Origin: Phoronis australis
Taxonomy: Eukaryota; Animalia; Phoronida
Reading direction: 5' to 3'
Length of the DNA stretch: 64,000 nt
Assembly (NCBI GenBank): GCA_002633005.1
Contig: NMRA01000146.1
Location: 555,981 to 619,980 of the forward strand
Part shown: positions 38,101 to 47,622 of the stretch, piece by piece
Position numbering within the stretch: the stretch's first letter is position 1
How the letters are laid out: every line of letters begins with the position of its first letter
Translations under genes and position numbers: made by a program
The notes under the pieces: model-generated
The model's input: the letters and a program-made list of their open reading frames with translations, nothing else
Told to the model about the DNA's origin: nothing
The model's database searches: none

Positions 38101-40040
38101 AAACTACGTCACAACCGCTGCTACATACGATTTCTGGTCGTGCGATCTTTGGAGTTTCAGAAATCATTCGTTATTTTAGGAGAACGTAGCTGTGACGTAT
38201 GAAATACGTGAATGTTTTTTGCAGAACTACTTACTGATGTAGCTTGCACATGTAACGTAAAGCACATATACAAATTCCGCAACATCGACTTCAGAGAAGT
38301 AGAATTAAATACACAAAGATAGATGTTTGTACTCCGCGGCCTATTGCAATCATCAGCTGAGCGCAGTGCTTCCTCAAGATTTCGGTCCATTAAACTCAGG
38401 ATCTCTCCACACGGTGGGCTCTCAACAGCTGGTCGATGTATTTGCGTTGCAGTTGGCTATAAAATCCCAACACCATTCTAATAATTATCGGACATGTACT
38501 TCCGCATAATCCAATAATTTGATAGTTTGAGAAACCCGACACCAGCAAAACGTTCAAAAGACACGTGTTCAGGAACGACGCCTTGGAATAATGACTGGGG
38601 TAATCTAAATGAACAAGCTCCATCAAATCTGGCGTTGCGCTAGCGAATTTACTCCACTAGCCTCCCGTTCAGTAACGCTAGGACCTCGCCAAAAAGTAAG
38701 GCTTCGCGAGATTACGTGAGATATTGCCGTGTATTTTAAAGGAGATCACCTGACTTTGGCTAGATTTTAGCTGGGTCCTAGCGTATGTCCTAGCGTTAAT
38801 GAACACGCGCCAGAATACTGCTTAGCATCTGCGAAATACGGCTTCAACTGTTGTATACTGCTTTTGCCTTGTATACGGTTTCTACCATTCTGTAGGAATT
38901 GGCTCTACTTTCCCGTATTTCACAGTTGATAATGTCAAGTATACAATGTCCATATTTTGATGTTTACGGGATATTTATTTTATTAGACGAGAGTAATATA
39001 GCAAAATCTCATCAGCTTCGTCCTTAGTGTTCGGCATGATGACGTCTTTTTCGTCTGCAACAAGTCAAACATTTGTTGAAGTCCTTCGTCACAGTCAGGT
39101 ACATGTACATCCAGATACGACTTCAAGTTCGTCATCATCGGTCGGACACCGAATATCAAGTTTCAATATTATTGGTTGCTATTAGATAAATCATATTACA
39201 GGTACTTACTTTTATCTCTTTCATAGTTTAACTGTACAATATATGCCAAAGCCTGTCGGTTTTTGTATGTACAAACAAACAAGGCGTCATCCAGACGGTC
39301 AAGGTGCACGTGTGTTACTAATCCAACATTCGGCCAGTCAAAAACTTGAGCATACTTTGGTTGGTTGGTTGGGTCCTCCAAATCCAAGTTCCAATGCATC
39401 TTCTGGGATTGAGCTGTCTCGCGTTGTTTGAGGTAGTAGTATTTACCACAAATATTAAAACCTTCCCCTTCACCTAGATATTCCACATTGGTCGGAGCTA
39501 GTTCCGTTACTGTCTTCGTAAATGGATCCACTTTCGCCACGACAAACATGCATTTGCCCCTGTCTTTATATCGCATTATGACACGTACACCAGATTTGTC
39601 TGCGGTAATGTCGATATGGAAACTCGTCTGTTCAGTGCCTAGCCGTGATGTACAATGATCTGACAACCCTGGTATGGCAGGAGATTGAAAAACTACACTG
39701 CCTAGTTTATTCTCGGTAAAGTTATAGACGAGTAAGCTGGGAGGAATTACGTTTGGTTGCCAGCAAATCAGCGACCCGGCGTAGACTATGGCCCCCGATG
39801 TATAACAAGCTCCATTTTGTGGTATCTTGTACTCAAGTGATTTCAAGAGGTCATTCAAATGATTCTGTTCGTAAACTTCAAGTTTTCGCGAAATCTCCCC
39901 GTGCATAATGTAGACGATCACGGGCGACCCTGGGCTGCGGTTCAGATCTTTGGTGAACATGCCGTATTTATGAGCTTGTCTCCCTACAAGACGCTTACCA
40001 GTGAAGTTAATTGATGAGGGATTCTGGCAACCTATGTAGT
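1892..40040 (-). CDS. Partial multi-exon gene model: olfactomedin-like + 3x PAN/apple-like + 2x FN3 extracellular mosaic protein (exons 39210-40040, 26449-26691, 25017-25280, 14719-14958, 2905-3162, 1892-2149)
   Basis: Six minus-strand exons, each stop-free, bounded by AG and GT, with lengths that are multiples of 3 (831, 243, 264, 240, 258, 258 nt) and phase 1 at both ends. Junction codons are open (AGC, GGT, CGT, GAC, AAA). That they belong to one transcript is inferred. Confidence 0.65.
2905..3162 (-). CDS. FN3 domain exon 1 (Cys-containing FN3)
   Basis: Acceptor tttgtgttag|AC, donor ACAA|gtgagt. Encodes AKTLAAATITIVVGSETTIDVSWSAAAGPKDRYKVSCG...KRCTGLTPGTEYVVTIRTIKAG, including the canonical GLTPGTEY motif. 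Confidence 0.88.
4020..4420. repeat. Diverged interspersed repeat, copy A (partner at about 9100-9500)
   Basis: Collinear shared blocks: ttgaatttta, tgtactcgaaa-cgaa, atctcgaattttattctgagaaa / atcttggatttgattttagaaa, ggttgtttc. Confidence 0.5.
5725..8675 (+). mobile_element. Cluster of Helentron-associated (HINE/DINE-1-like) non-autonomous repeats: two ~850-bp copies (6083-6915, 7790-8675), a partial copy (7452-7600) and GAT/GAC-rich ~170-bp units
   Basis: The copies share aaaatggccgccac-gccgccat-ttg-atccga and gcgcatgcgc. There is an (ACAA)n tract at ~6865 and a 3' hairpin acttggcgaaat-tt-atttcgccaagt at ~8646-8671. The motif cttggcg-aa-taa recurs at ~5746, ~5904 and ~6904. Confidence 0.6.
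7053..7451. other. Assembly gap (399 N)
   Basis: Run of N. Sequence just before the gap (6990-7052) recurs at 7602-7663. Confidence 0.99.
9100..9500. repeat. Diverged interspersed repeat, copy B (partner at about 4020-4420)
   Basis: Same collinear blocks as copy A. Confidence 0.5.
10470..10824 (-). mobile_element. Orphan Sola3-like terminal fragment
   Basis: Ends ...ggtttttatatggattgcctc|ttga (CTC followed by a degenerate TTAA). Its reverse complement aligns with the left arm of the element starting at 42893 (ccatataaaaacca, aaaaatcact-tatac, gcac-caatgacc, caggggaga-aa...agaccactttt). Confidence 0.6.
10869..14328 (+). mobile_element. Decayed non-LTR retrotransposon (LINE), RTEX-like, with an L1-type ORF1
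   Basis: ORF1 remnant has LENRSRRDN-x-IRG and IDRAHRLG...RPIIAK. Endonuclease remnant has SGGVTVLVK and GFVYLPPEGS. RT has NYRGIS, FLDFSRAFDSV, VRQGCVLSPWLF and LFFADDLVL. C-terminus reads FRCSGHSLNIEKGRH...C..C...EDEAHF...CP, followed by a 3' (ATT)n tail at 14307-14328. Many stops and frameshifts. Confidence 0.9.
12338..13320 (+). pseudogene. LINE reverse transcriptase remnant
   Basis: ORFs 12338-12574 and 12525-13289 joined by a frameshift; RT motifs including FADD. Confidence 0.9.
14719..14958 (-). CDS. PAN/apple-like domain exon 3
   Basis: Acceptor acactttcag|GT, donor GACG|gtgagt. Encodes LKRMGKGMEVFCSRNRTVMVTSEIDCLEECLHINCSGVMLSKYNWYPYKCVAC, with a PAN-type S-x-x-x-C-x3-C-x4-C...C core and six Cys. 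Confidence 0.72.
15680..17300. mobile_element. Non-autonomous TIR DNA transposon, copy 1 (gacctat...ataggtc termini)
   Basis: Short inverted ends; collinear similarity over its length to 26818-29045. Confidence 0.65.
19998..21507. mobile_element. Non-autonomous TIR element, possibly ISL2EU/Harbinger-related
   Basis: Perfect 15-bp TIR agacctaactcacgc / gcgtgagttaggtct. Flanks are AC and AT, consistent with a degenerate AT duplication. Confidence 0.65.
23400..24069 (-). mobile_element. DIRS1-like (tyrosine-recombinase retrotransposon) RT/RNase H remnant
   Basis: EYTGFLIDSTGITFSLPDAKVQQI (RT C-terminal part) and DAS...AW...WS..E...HIICLELTA...NTT (RNase H motifs typical of DIRS1). Frameshifted. 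Confidence 0.7.
24073..24779. mobile_element. Harbinger-type MITE
   Basis: TIR of about 40 bp: aggccc-gtcatacagccgat-acgcatgaatc-ctcat. TAA duplication at 24070-24072 and 24780-24782. Internal acgcat subrepeats. Confidence 0.85.
25017..25280 (-). CDS. PAN/apple-like domain exon 2
   Basis: Acceptor tcttttacatag|GT, donor CCAC|gtaagt. Encodes VDYLRYRNVPRAKVRGNHTAYTLSDCERLCVKSPHRVCRGARWQ...NCQLL (C-x3-C-x7-C-x16-C). Confidence 0.8.
26449..26691 (-). CDS. PAN/apple-like domain exon 1
   Basis: Acceptor ctgtttaag|GC, donor AAAG|gtgagt. Encodes IFYHENHRKKFKDFLTSAIAVPSIKSEFNCAQYCSRVVCDYATFWDDQCRIL (C-x3-C-x4-C-x9-C). Confidence 0.78.
26818..29045. mobile_element. Non-autonomous TIR DNA transposon, copy 2, with a ~570-bp secondary insertion (about 27605-28172)
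   Basis: Collinear with 15680-17300. The alignment breaks after ggttacaaaagatgaca and resumes at ggtgtag-gg-aaaaatg. Confidence 0.65.
29489..31161 (+). mobile_element. Kolobok-like non-autonomous DNA transposon
   Basis: TTAA on both flanks (29485-29488, 31162-31165). TIR agga...tgccaccc / gggtggca...tcct. Internal decayed ORF remnant with YQFEPEF (~30688) and SCIVRT (~30948). Confidence 0.6.
29782..30353 (+). mobile_element. Putative solo LTR inside the Kolobok-like element
   Basis: TGTTACG...CGCAACA ends, AATAAA at ~30297, and an internal direct repeat ccgatcaggccc-tcgcggccggactga x2. No clear TSD. Confidence 0.4.
33166..37708 (+). mobile_element. Decayed full-span Ty3/Gypsy LTR retrotransposon (Mag-like)
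   Basis: LTRs 33166-33317 and 37553-37708 (TG...CA). PBS-like tgctgtcag after the 5' LTR and PPT gacggaaggaaga before the 3' LTR. Flanks cttga/cttgt. Gag LRERLLRKADLSLDECIDVCR, RT VEKKDGSLRV..CLDPRDINKVIKREH and RLPFGI, RNase H GLGAVLFQ...AYASRALSDAEKR, integrase AREVFFCPNMNSDIKEMVSSCSVC and PFSKVGVDI. Confidence 0.92.
34868..35762 (+). mobile_element. Solo-LTR-like insertion splitting the Gypsy RT
   Basis: CTGTG duplicated at 34863-34867 and 35763-35767. Removing the insertion restores RLPFGISCANELY. It starts TGTCAG and has AATAAA at ~35671; the 3' CA is not intact. Confidence 0.7.
38629..38813. mobile_element. Small MITE
   Basis: ctggcg...cgccag ends, AAT duplication on both sides, internal cgctag/ctagcg inverted subrepeats. 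Confidence 0.55.
39210..40040 (-). CDS. Olfactomedin-like (OLF) domain exon
   Basis: Acceptor tttgcttctgtttctcag|AC; 277 open codons starting YIGCQNP...GMFTKD. Motifs SGAIVYAGSL, HIDITADKSGVRVI, VVAKVDPFT and GEGFNICGKYY match OLF consensus blocks (GxVVYNGSL, DIDLAVDExGLWVI, SKLDPxT, GNAFMICGxLY). Donor AAAA|gtaagt; if unspliced, a stop follows at 39196-39198. Confidence 0.85.
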
Positions 40041-40758
40041 CTGAGAAACAGAAGCAAAAGTTGATTAGGACAAAATTTTAGTTGGTTCTGTTGTTCACTA
40101 CGTCTCATTTTGGGACGTGCGCTCACATACATACACGCCAGCATTAATTTCAACGTTACCACGGTTTTGCATTTTTTTGGTAAGCTCGATAATGCACGTA
40201 AGCAAGAACAAGCAAAGTTTTGAGCGTCATGAATTACTAAGCCACGAGCAAAAAAACGTAATTTTGCTCGTCTCAATTGGATTTTCTGCTTTGAGACAAA
40301 GAAAAACTAAACAAAAAATACTGCACCGCAGTCTCGACTTTCCAAAAAGTCTGAGGCCAAATATACACTGTGGCTTTATAAGCCTTCTTGTACCTGCGAC
40401 CAAGGAGGTACCAGACTATGGAACGATAACGTCCTTTTTTGGAACCGCTACCATTGCTCGCGTTTATGCTGAAAAAAACGAGTGTCTTGCAATCGTCGCT
40501 GATAACATAAACACGTGAATCCGGAAGTCAACCTCACTGTTCATGCCTTGATGCTCATTGTATATCATGACGTAGATTCTACGATTCAGTGGAAACTCGG
40601 CACATTGTACCTAGTGAATTGATTTGACCTTGAACTAAACATTACACATTTATACACACTCGGGTGTTCAAAGGCGATGTTCCCATTTATAGACTGGCAC
40701 CCCAGAGCACTTACATGTAGCATAGATGAACGAGGCACCAACATCAGACCACCATTTA

Positions 40759-41930
40759 CAGCCGATTTCATAAAGGTGGTTTAAAGTTAAACCTGGTTTA
40801 AACTGGACTTAGACCAGGTTTAAAGATAATCTGCATTTCATAAAGGTGGTTTAACTTTTACACCAGTGGTCTAGTAAAACCTGGTTTAACTCCAATTTAG
40901 ACCTGGTCTAAGTCAGTTTTCATTTCACCAACGAGGGCTATATTCTTTAGACATGTATTAAGATCTTAAACCATGTTTAACTTTAGACTTGGTCAGACCC
41001 AGGTTTAACTGTTAAATATGTCAGACTTGCATGGTATAGGTACAACTGAACGATGCCGCGGTGTGCAATTACGACGCAGTTTTAGAGCGAAAATGGACTA
41101 TTTTCATTATTCAGGTTTACTACGACACGAGATCAAACGTAACAGGGGCGGATCCAGGATTTTTTAAAGGAGAGGGGACGGTCAAGGACTTTTTGGAAGG
41201 GGGGACCAAGTCAACAATTTGAAAATTATAGTTTTGATATCATTAAAATCAAGGGAAAAAGGGGGCTCCGGACCCCTTGACCGCCCTGGATCCGCCTATG
41301 TATAGACCAGTACGTGCTGGAGTGTGTCCTGCGGATTCCTCAGAATACGACTGGTCGAGCAGGGCGTCATCGTCGTAAGCACTACGGATTTGACTTAAGA
41401 CAGCATCTTCTGATTCTTCTGACTGAGTTCCACCTCCACTGTTCTCCGATTCAATGTTGCCGGGAAGGGGTCTTGCCCCCCCCTTTGGGCCGCGAAAAAT
41501 AAAAACTAAAATGACACGGAAATAAATTTGGGCATTTATCATGTTACATCTAATCATGAGCATGTTCTTTAATGAGTGTTGGGCACACAAATTACATTTC
41601 TCCTCATGAGAAAAGCTTTTAGACCATTGTCGTAAATGTCTGCACTGATTCTACTGGTGTATGCCATTCTATACCCACGTGATCAAGGTTTCATTGAAGC
41701 ACTTCAATAGTTCCTTTGTTGGGTTTACCCACCTCGACACAGTGGGATGCCTTTGACTACTTTAAACCTGGTTCTACTGAACCAGCTCCCTGGTCTAGCA
41801 AAACCAGGCTTTCAGACTCTTAAACCATGTTGGTGAAATGCAAGTTAGGTCTAAAATTAGACCAGGTTTAGGAAGACCAGGGTTAAGTCTTAAACCTGGT
41901 TTTGTTAAACCACCTTTATGAAATCGACTG
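40759..41930. mobile_element. Harbinger-type MITE inserted in the left Academ TIR
   Basis: TIR cagccgatttcataaaggtggtttaa / ttaaaccacctttatgaaatcgactg with a TTA duplication. The empty site catttagagtc is preserved in the right Academ arm. Many aaacctggttt/agaccaggttt subrepeats. Confidence 0.9.
41143..41300. mobile_element. hAT-like MITE (caggggcggatccagg...ctggatccgcctatg); related pieces at 48090-48126, 49450-49697, ~53277 and 56633-56763
   Basis: Inverted GGCGGATCCAG ends with G- and C-runs inside. No TSD seen. Confidence 0.6.
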
Positions 41931-42074
41931 TTAGAGTCTACCTCAATATATTCAGGAATGGATATCTGCCCTTGTATGCACTCTGGGTGTGACCCCTGGG
42001 GGCCTTATAAAGGGGCTAAAAGTTATCTAGACTTGATACTCGAGGTAGCAGCCAAAACGGATTTAAAAATAGAA

Positions 42075-42800
42075 ATAGTACCGCAATGAACACCAAATGA
42101 CCCATGACAGACAAATTGCACTCTGGATTGGGTCCGGCAGAAACTAAAAAGGACCCCCCAAAGAGGAGCTAGCATATAAATTCGAGGTATCACAAAAAAT
42201 CAATTCCATGTGGTCACTAAATGCCATATGAAAGATAACATACACTCTGGATTGTGCCCGGCAGAAACCCTCAAAAATCACAACCACGGTATGCCATCGA
42301 AATTTTGAGCTAGAATAGATACCCGAGGTGCCGGCTAAAACTGACTTCAAACGAACAGTAGTACCACACTGAGCACCATATTACCCATAACAGATAAATT
42401 GCACCTTCGAATGGGTCCGTCAGAAACTAAAAAGGACCCCAAAATGAGCTAGCATATGAATTCGAGGTATCACAAAAAACAATTCCATACGATTCAATAC
42501 ATGTCATTGGTCAAAGAATCCCCTGTGAGAGATAAAATACACTCTTGGTTGTGACCCGCAGAAACCCCCAAAAATCCCGACCACGGTGTTCCATCAAAAA
42601 TTTGAGCTAGACTAGAATAGTACCGCACTGAGCAACAAATGACCCATGCCAGACAAATTGCACCCTGGAATGGTTCCGGCAGAAACTAAAAAGGACCCCC
42701 AAAAAAGAGCTACCATATAAATTCGAGGTATCACAGAAAATCAATTCCATGTGGTCATTAAATGCCTTCAAATCAATAATCCTGCCACCCCATATGACCC
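42075..42800. repeat. Tandem ~260-280-bp repeat (about 3 units) forming the left Academ arm; mirrored at about 51030-51720
   Basis: tagtacc-ca-tga-ca-ca-at-acccat...aaattgcac recurs at ~42077, ~42359 and ~42619. Confidence 0.85.
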
Positions 42801-42892
42801 ATGAAAGACAAGTTGCTTGTAAGATTTGATTTTTAATCGAAGCCTTAGTGAATCACTCAGAAACTCATAATTCTTTCTTTGCCAAACCTTAA

Positions 42893-45800
42893 GAATGATT
42901 CCATATAAAAACCATATGAAAATGAAAAATCACTATATACCCAAAAATTCATACAAAACTAATACTTTGTGCATGTAATGGGATGCTGGCCCAAAGTACA
43001 CTGCTGCAGAATTTGCACTCAATGACCTTTGGTTACCGAGATATGACCTATTTGGCTATAAAGTCATATTTTGCATTTTTTCATGTCAGAAAAACTGCAT
43101 TTGTGAACGGCAAAAAATCAGACTTGGAAGACTGGTGACAAAGTTTGACATTGATGGTCATAAAGACTCGTGTAAGGTTAGTAAGAAAATGAAATTTGCA
43201 ACTCATAGGTACAACTAAATTTCCAGCAGGGGAGAAAACTCCGAGACCACTTTTCAGGCCAGTCACAAGTGGCAAGATGTTGCTTAATCTGCCTGCTATA
43301 TCGGAATATATTTGAAGTTGATGTTCTCTGGGTAGACACTTCTAAGATTGAACTTTGGTAAATGCTTTTAAAAAAACTTGTTTCTTATATATTTAGTTTT
43401 AAACGTGGCCCTTGAATTTGGGCATTTTTGTGATGTGGCCTTGCTCTGACTGACAAGAGAGTTGAGGCTACTCTTTTAGTTTAGAGATATCACCTAAAAT
43501 ATATGATATAATATCAACAATGCAATATCACAAAAATTTAAATTTCACTTTTGAGACCCCAATTTTCTAAAACACTCCATTCTTTGTTTAACTTTACCAA
43601 TAGCACTTTAGGGTTCGAGATTACATGCACTTCCTGTCACTGCAAAGAATTTGGAGGAATTTCCTTCTTGTATATTTGGTCAATTTTTGTTACATACGTG
43701 TGATCGCGGAGGAAATGTGGCCTTCATTAGCTGTGTTAAAGACGTCAGAAGTCATCTGAGGTCGTGCAAAGTGCCATAGAAGTTTGAAAGTATATCGGAA
43801 TTACAGCTGATTCTTGCCAGAGCTGGAGATAGGAGGTTGGACTGGCAAACCAATGGAAATGCGCCGTTATATATTTTACACATCGACATGAGTTTCGACT
43901 TGGTTTTAGACAAAAACTGACGTGCTGTTATTATGAACACACAGAATATTGTCAGAGGGATAAACCAGGAACAAGCAAAACAGGATCTGATGTCATCTCT
44001 CACACCACACCAAGTTTTGGTTGTAATGGATTTTGCAATGAAGTTCATACCCATCAGTTTCTGTGAAGCGCAGTCCGACTGGTTTGGTAAAAAGGATCTC
44101 GTGACACGTGGCGGCTTGTATCACAAAGAAAGGTGAAAGCCATCAGATAAAAATAAATCCTCAATTAGTATTCAAGGTGTTACAAAGTAATTCTCAGATG
44201 TGCTCAGTATTAAACAGAAAGCCAGTGATGAACAATGTTGTTGCCTTTACCTCTTTTTAGCATATTGATTTACTGTAACAGTACAAGATACAGGGAGTGT
44301 GCACTTAATATCTAGTATTTTTCTTGCCATTTCCCAACAAAAGCTTGACAATGATGCATTATTTTTCTCTTAGTAGATTTTGCACTCAAGCCTTCATTTT
44401 AACTGAAGCCATTTTCTACTTATGAATGATTTTCATATGTTTGTGAAGGGGAAATTTCCCCCTCCCTAGAAATGTTTTGAAGGAGCTACTGATATAATAA
44501 CCGTGTTGAGACGAACCATGTTTGAAGTTGAGTGGTGTGATTGCTGTTTAGGTTCTAATAAGATATAATAAGGTAGTTATTTAAACCAGCTGACTTATTT
44601 GAGTTACATAATTATTGTATTTCAGGTACATACTTACATTCATACTTTAGATGCCTGCATGCAAGACTTTTTCACTGTTTGCTGTTTAACACTAGATGTG
44701 CTAAGGCAGGTGAAAGCTAGGGATCCACAAATAACGGAAGGTTTCCGACAATGCCAATTGTTACCATTCAGTCGCCCTTCTGGTTTATTTGTTCTACATA
44801 TCTGGTAACACCGGCATCTCCATTCTGCGCTACGACTTCAGTGAAAGTCAGAAGGGAAAAGACCTCTGTGACAGGAAAATCGCACCCTTGAAGTCCCATG
44901 CCAAGTACTTCATCAATGAAGGCAACAACGTTCAAAATGCAGTCGACCTGAAACATGCGCTAGAGTCTAGAGGAAGTGTCAAAGGCTGTTAGGTGCCGTC
45001 CTGTAGTGTGAATGCCCCAAAGGTCCTTCCCAAGCACAGTATCCCAGGGATGAGTTTGCTGACAAACTTTGAGTATTCCGCACATGGCATTCGAGCATGG
45101 AAGGCCCATAGAGTAGGGGAGGGAAAACTTGTCATCAACAAGTCATGTAAACTGTTGCCTCTGAAAAGTCTTGACCTTGCAACACTCGAGTGTTTAACAA
45201 CTCCAAGGGTTGAGTAGGGGCTGGTATCCCGTGAACGTCATACGAAGTTCACATGCACACACTATGGGTGCTCGAAATCTTTTCCTACACATGCTGAGCT
45301 AAATGAGCACTTGGATGTTGGTGCTCATTCATCATCCCTCTAGAACGAGACTCAGTTCGACCACATTTCAAGACAATCTGAGATTTTATCTACTACCCCA
45401 GCTGAGTTGTCTGACGTTTACGTTGTTGATCAAGTCGCCGCAGGATTGGGCCCTGAAAAGTACTAGAAAAGCAGTCCGCTTCTCTTAGAAGGTAAAGGCT
45501 TAACCCAGTGATATATTTTCTGAAGGTGAACAGTCAGGCAGAAAACAACAGCCAGCTGAGGTTGTAAAGATGATGCGAGAAGCCAGGAATAAGCAAAGAA
45601 AAGTTTTCTCCTCTGAAGATTGGCCGTCGGAGTAGCAGATTGCTGAATTTTTTACCGTATGGTTGCCGCGTCTCGAATCGCAAGTATTCAAAATATTGAA
45701 GATGGTGATGCTGCTGCTGCCTACGAGTTTGCCTCAATGAATGAGTTGGAGCTTGAAGTCATGAAAGAGTTATCATCATAAACTGTAGGAAATTATGAAC

Positions 45801-47622
45801 ATGTTTTAGTTGTTGTCTATTCTTACGATATTGTTGTGGTCATCATTATCGTAGCTAGGGGACTGAGGTCCACCCTGGGCGAAATTGGAAAAAATGGAAG
45901 ATGACGCAAATTAGGGGCTTCCATGGGGGAGAGATTTGAGTGGTGGCTATTTGGGGAAAATAATCCAAGCCACTGATGGTCAACATTGAAATCTTCTGTC
46001 ACTTTTTACTAGCGTTTTTTTGTTTTATGTTCAGTTTGAGACTCGTAAAGCATACTTTTTACATGTTTGATTCTCATGAAACTACTGAGATTTTTTATTG
46101 GAGTGATTATCTAGTTTTGAGAAACATCTATCTTAGACATGTGCACTGAGCAAAATAAAAAGACTTTGTGTTTCAATAGCACTTGTTTTCTTCAAACAGA
46201 ATGCAGTTTTTTGAAGTGTTGTGTAGAAATACATCATACACTAAACCTAGCATACCTTCAAGAAACTGTGGTTTTGAGACCGCCGCATGAACGGAATTTA
46301 CATATTGTGAAAGTTTTAGCTGGTAAGTCGCAACAACACCCAATTGCTTAAATACTGGTTTGGAAAGCCGGTATCTTCGATATCACTGAAAGTATTATGT
46401 TTTCAATCGTAAATATCCGTACCTATTATTTTTCTGAAATTGCAAATTCCACTCACTCTGGCTGGCGCACTGCCACCAAGCTCGGCCGCTTTTGTGTAGT
46501 ACAAGAAGCATTGCGTGACACTTTGTATGTCCTATAACACGACACTTCTCCTGGTATCCACCGTCCTCTTTGCACGTGTGTTCTCGAAGATCTTGATTAG
46601 TTTTAGTATGAACTTTGCTATTAGTTTTAGAGGACTTTTTCATGCGCATATACAGGGATTTGTCCAGGAGGTCTGAAAATGGACCAGCATGCACTGCAGG
46701 CAGTGCGTGGGATTCTTAGTCAGTAACGGTGTTTGAAAACTGGCCAAGCAATGGGTAATGGGCACCCTTAATAAGAATAACAAGTGCTTCTCTGAAATAT
46801 GAGATGGTGATGGGGTTGTATTATTAACTCATAAGTAAATTAAAATTGACTTTTTTGATTTCTGTAATCCTATAACAATTTTTTATTTTTGCACCAGCAA
46901 AACTGAAAATCCGCGAAGAAAAAATCCCTCATACAGCTTCCCATGATCTCCTTCGTCACTAATGTAGCAAAACTAATGATATTTGTTTTATTTGACATCT
47001 TGGTCGATACATAATTGCACGATCGAGTAGCGCCTCCTAGAGTCTTTTAATCAAACTGACACCCACAGATTGCCAGAAAAGTGTGTAAGTGACTTATGTA
47101 AAAAAACTGACTGCAAAAAAACTATGAAAGAGACAAGATTTTTTATTCTTGTGTTGGGCTGAACAAAGCCATCAGTAACAGATGGAAGTTAACTCATGTT
47201 CCAAAAGAATCCGATACAGATTTGGGAGAGTGATAAAAATGCGTAAAAATGGCCTTAATAATAAGCAATGAAAATGATATTTTTGTAGGCTAAAATGGAA
47301 GGACATAAAAAATCAAAAAATCCATCCGAACTAGTTTTTCTTGTACGTTATTCTTTCTTCTTTCTGCTATATAGTTTTTTTTTTCTATAGCGTGAAGCGA
47401 TGATGTGTTGTTGCTGACAAAATGTTACCTACTTCTTAGTACTATTATTTGCTATTTTTCGGAAAAAGTACAAAGTGGTCGTAAAAAGGGTTAAAAAAAC
47501 TCGGAAACTCTTAAAAATTCAGGCTCGGGTTTCTTTTGACAAGGCCAGCTGATGTGCTAAGTTTCAAAAAATGGTGATTTTGCATATATAGCCCACCATC
47601 TGGTTTTTATATGGAATTGCTC
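42893..47622 (+). mobile_element. Sola3-like DNA transposon (decayed)
   Basis: TTAA at 42889-42892 and 47623-47626. Ends ga...attccatataaaaacca / tggtttttatatggaattgctc. Transposase remnant VMDFAMKFIP..EAQSDWFGKK and RYDFSESQKGKDLCDRKIAPLKSH..FINEGNNVQNAVDLKHALES. Confidence 0.75.
43933..45780 (+). pseudogene. Sola3-type DDD transposase remnant with an apparent intron (about 44133-44626)
   Basis: Coding-like blocks at 43933-44136, 44627-45240 and ~45450-45780. Acceptor tgtatttcag|gtacat at 44626. Stops and frameshifts throughout. Confidence 0.7.
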
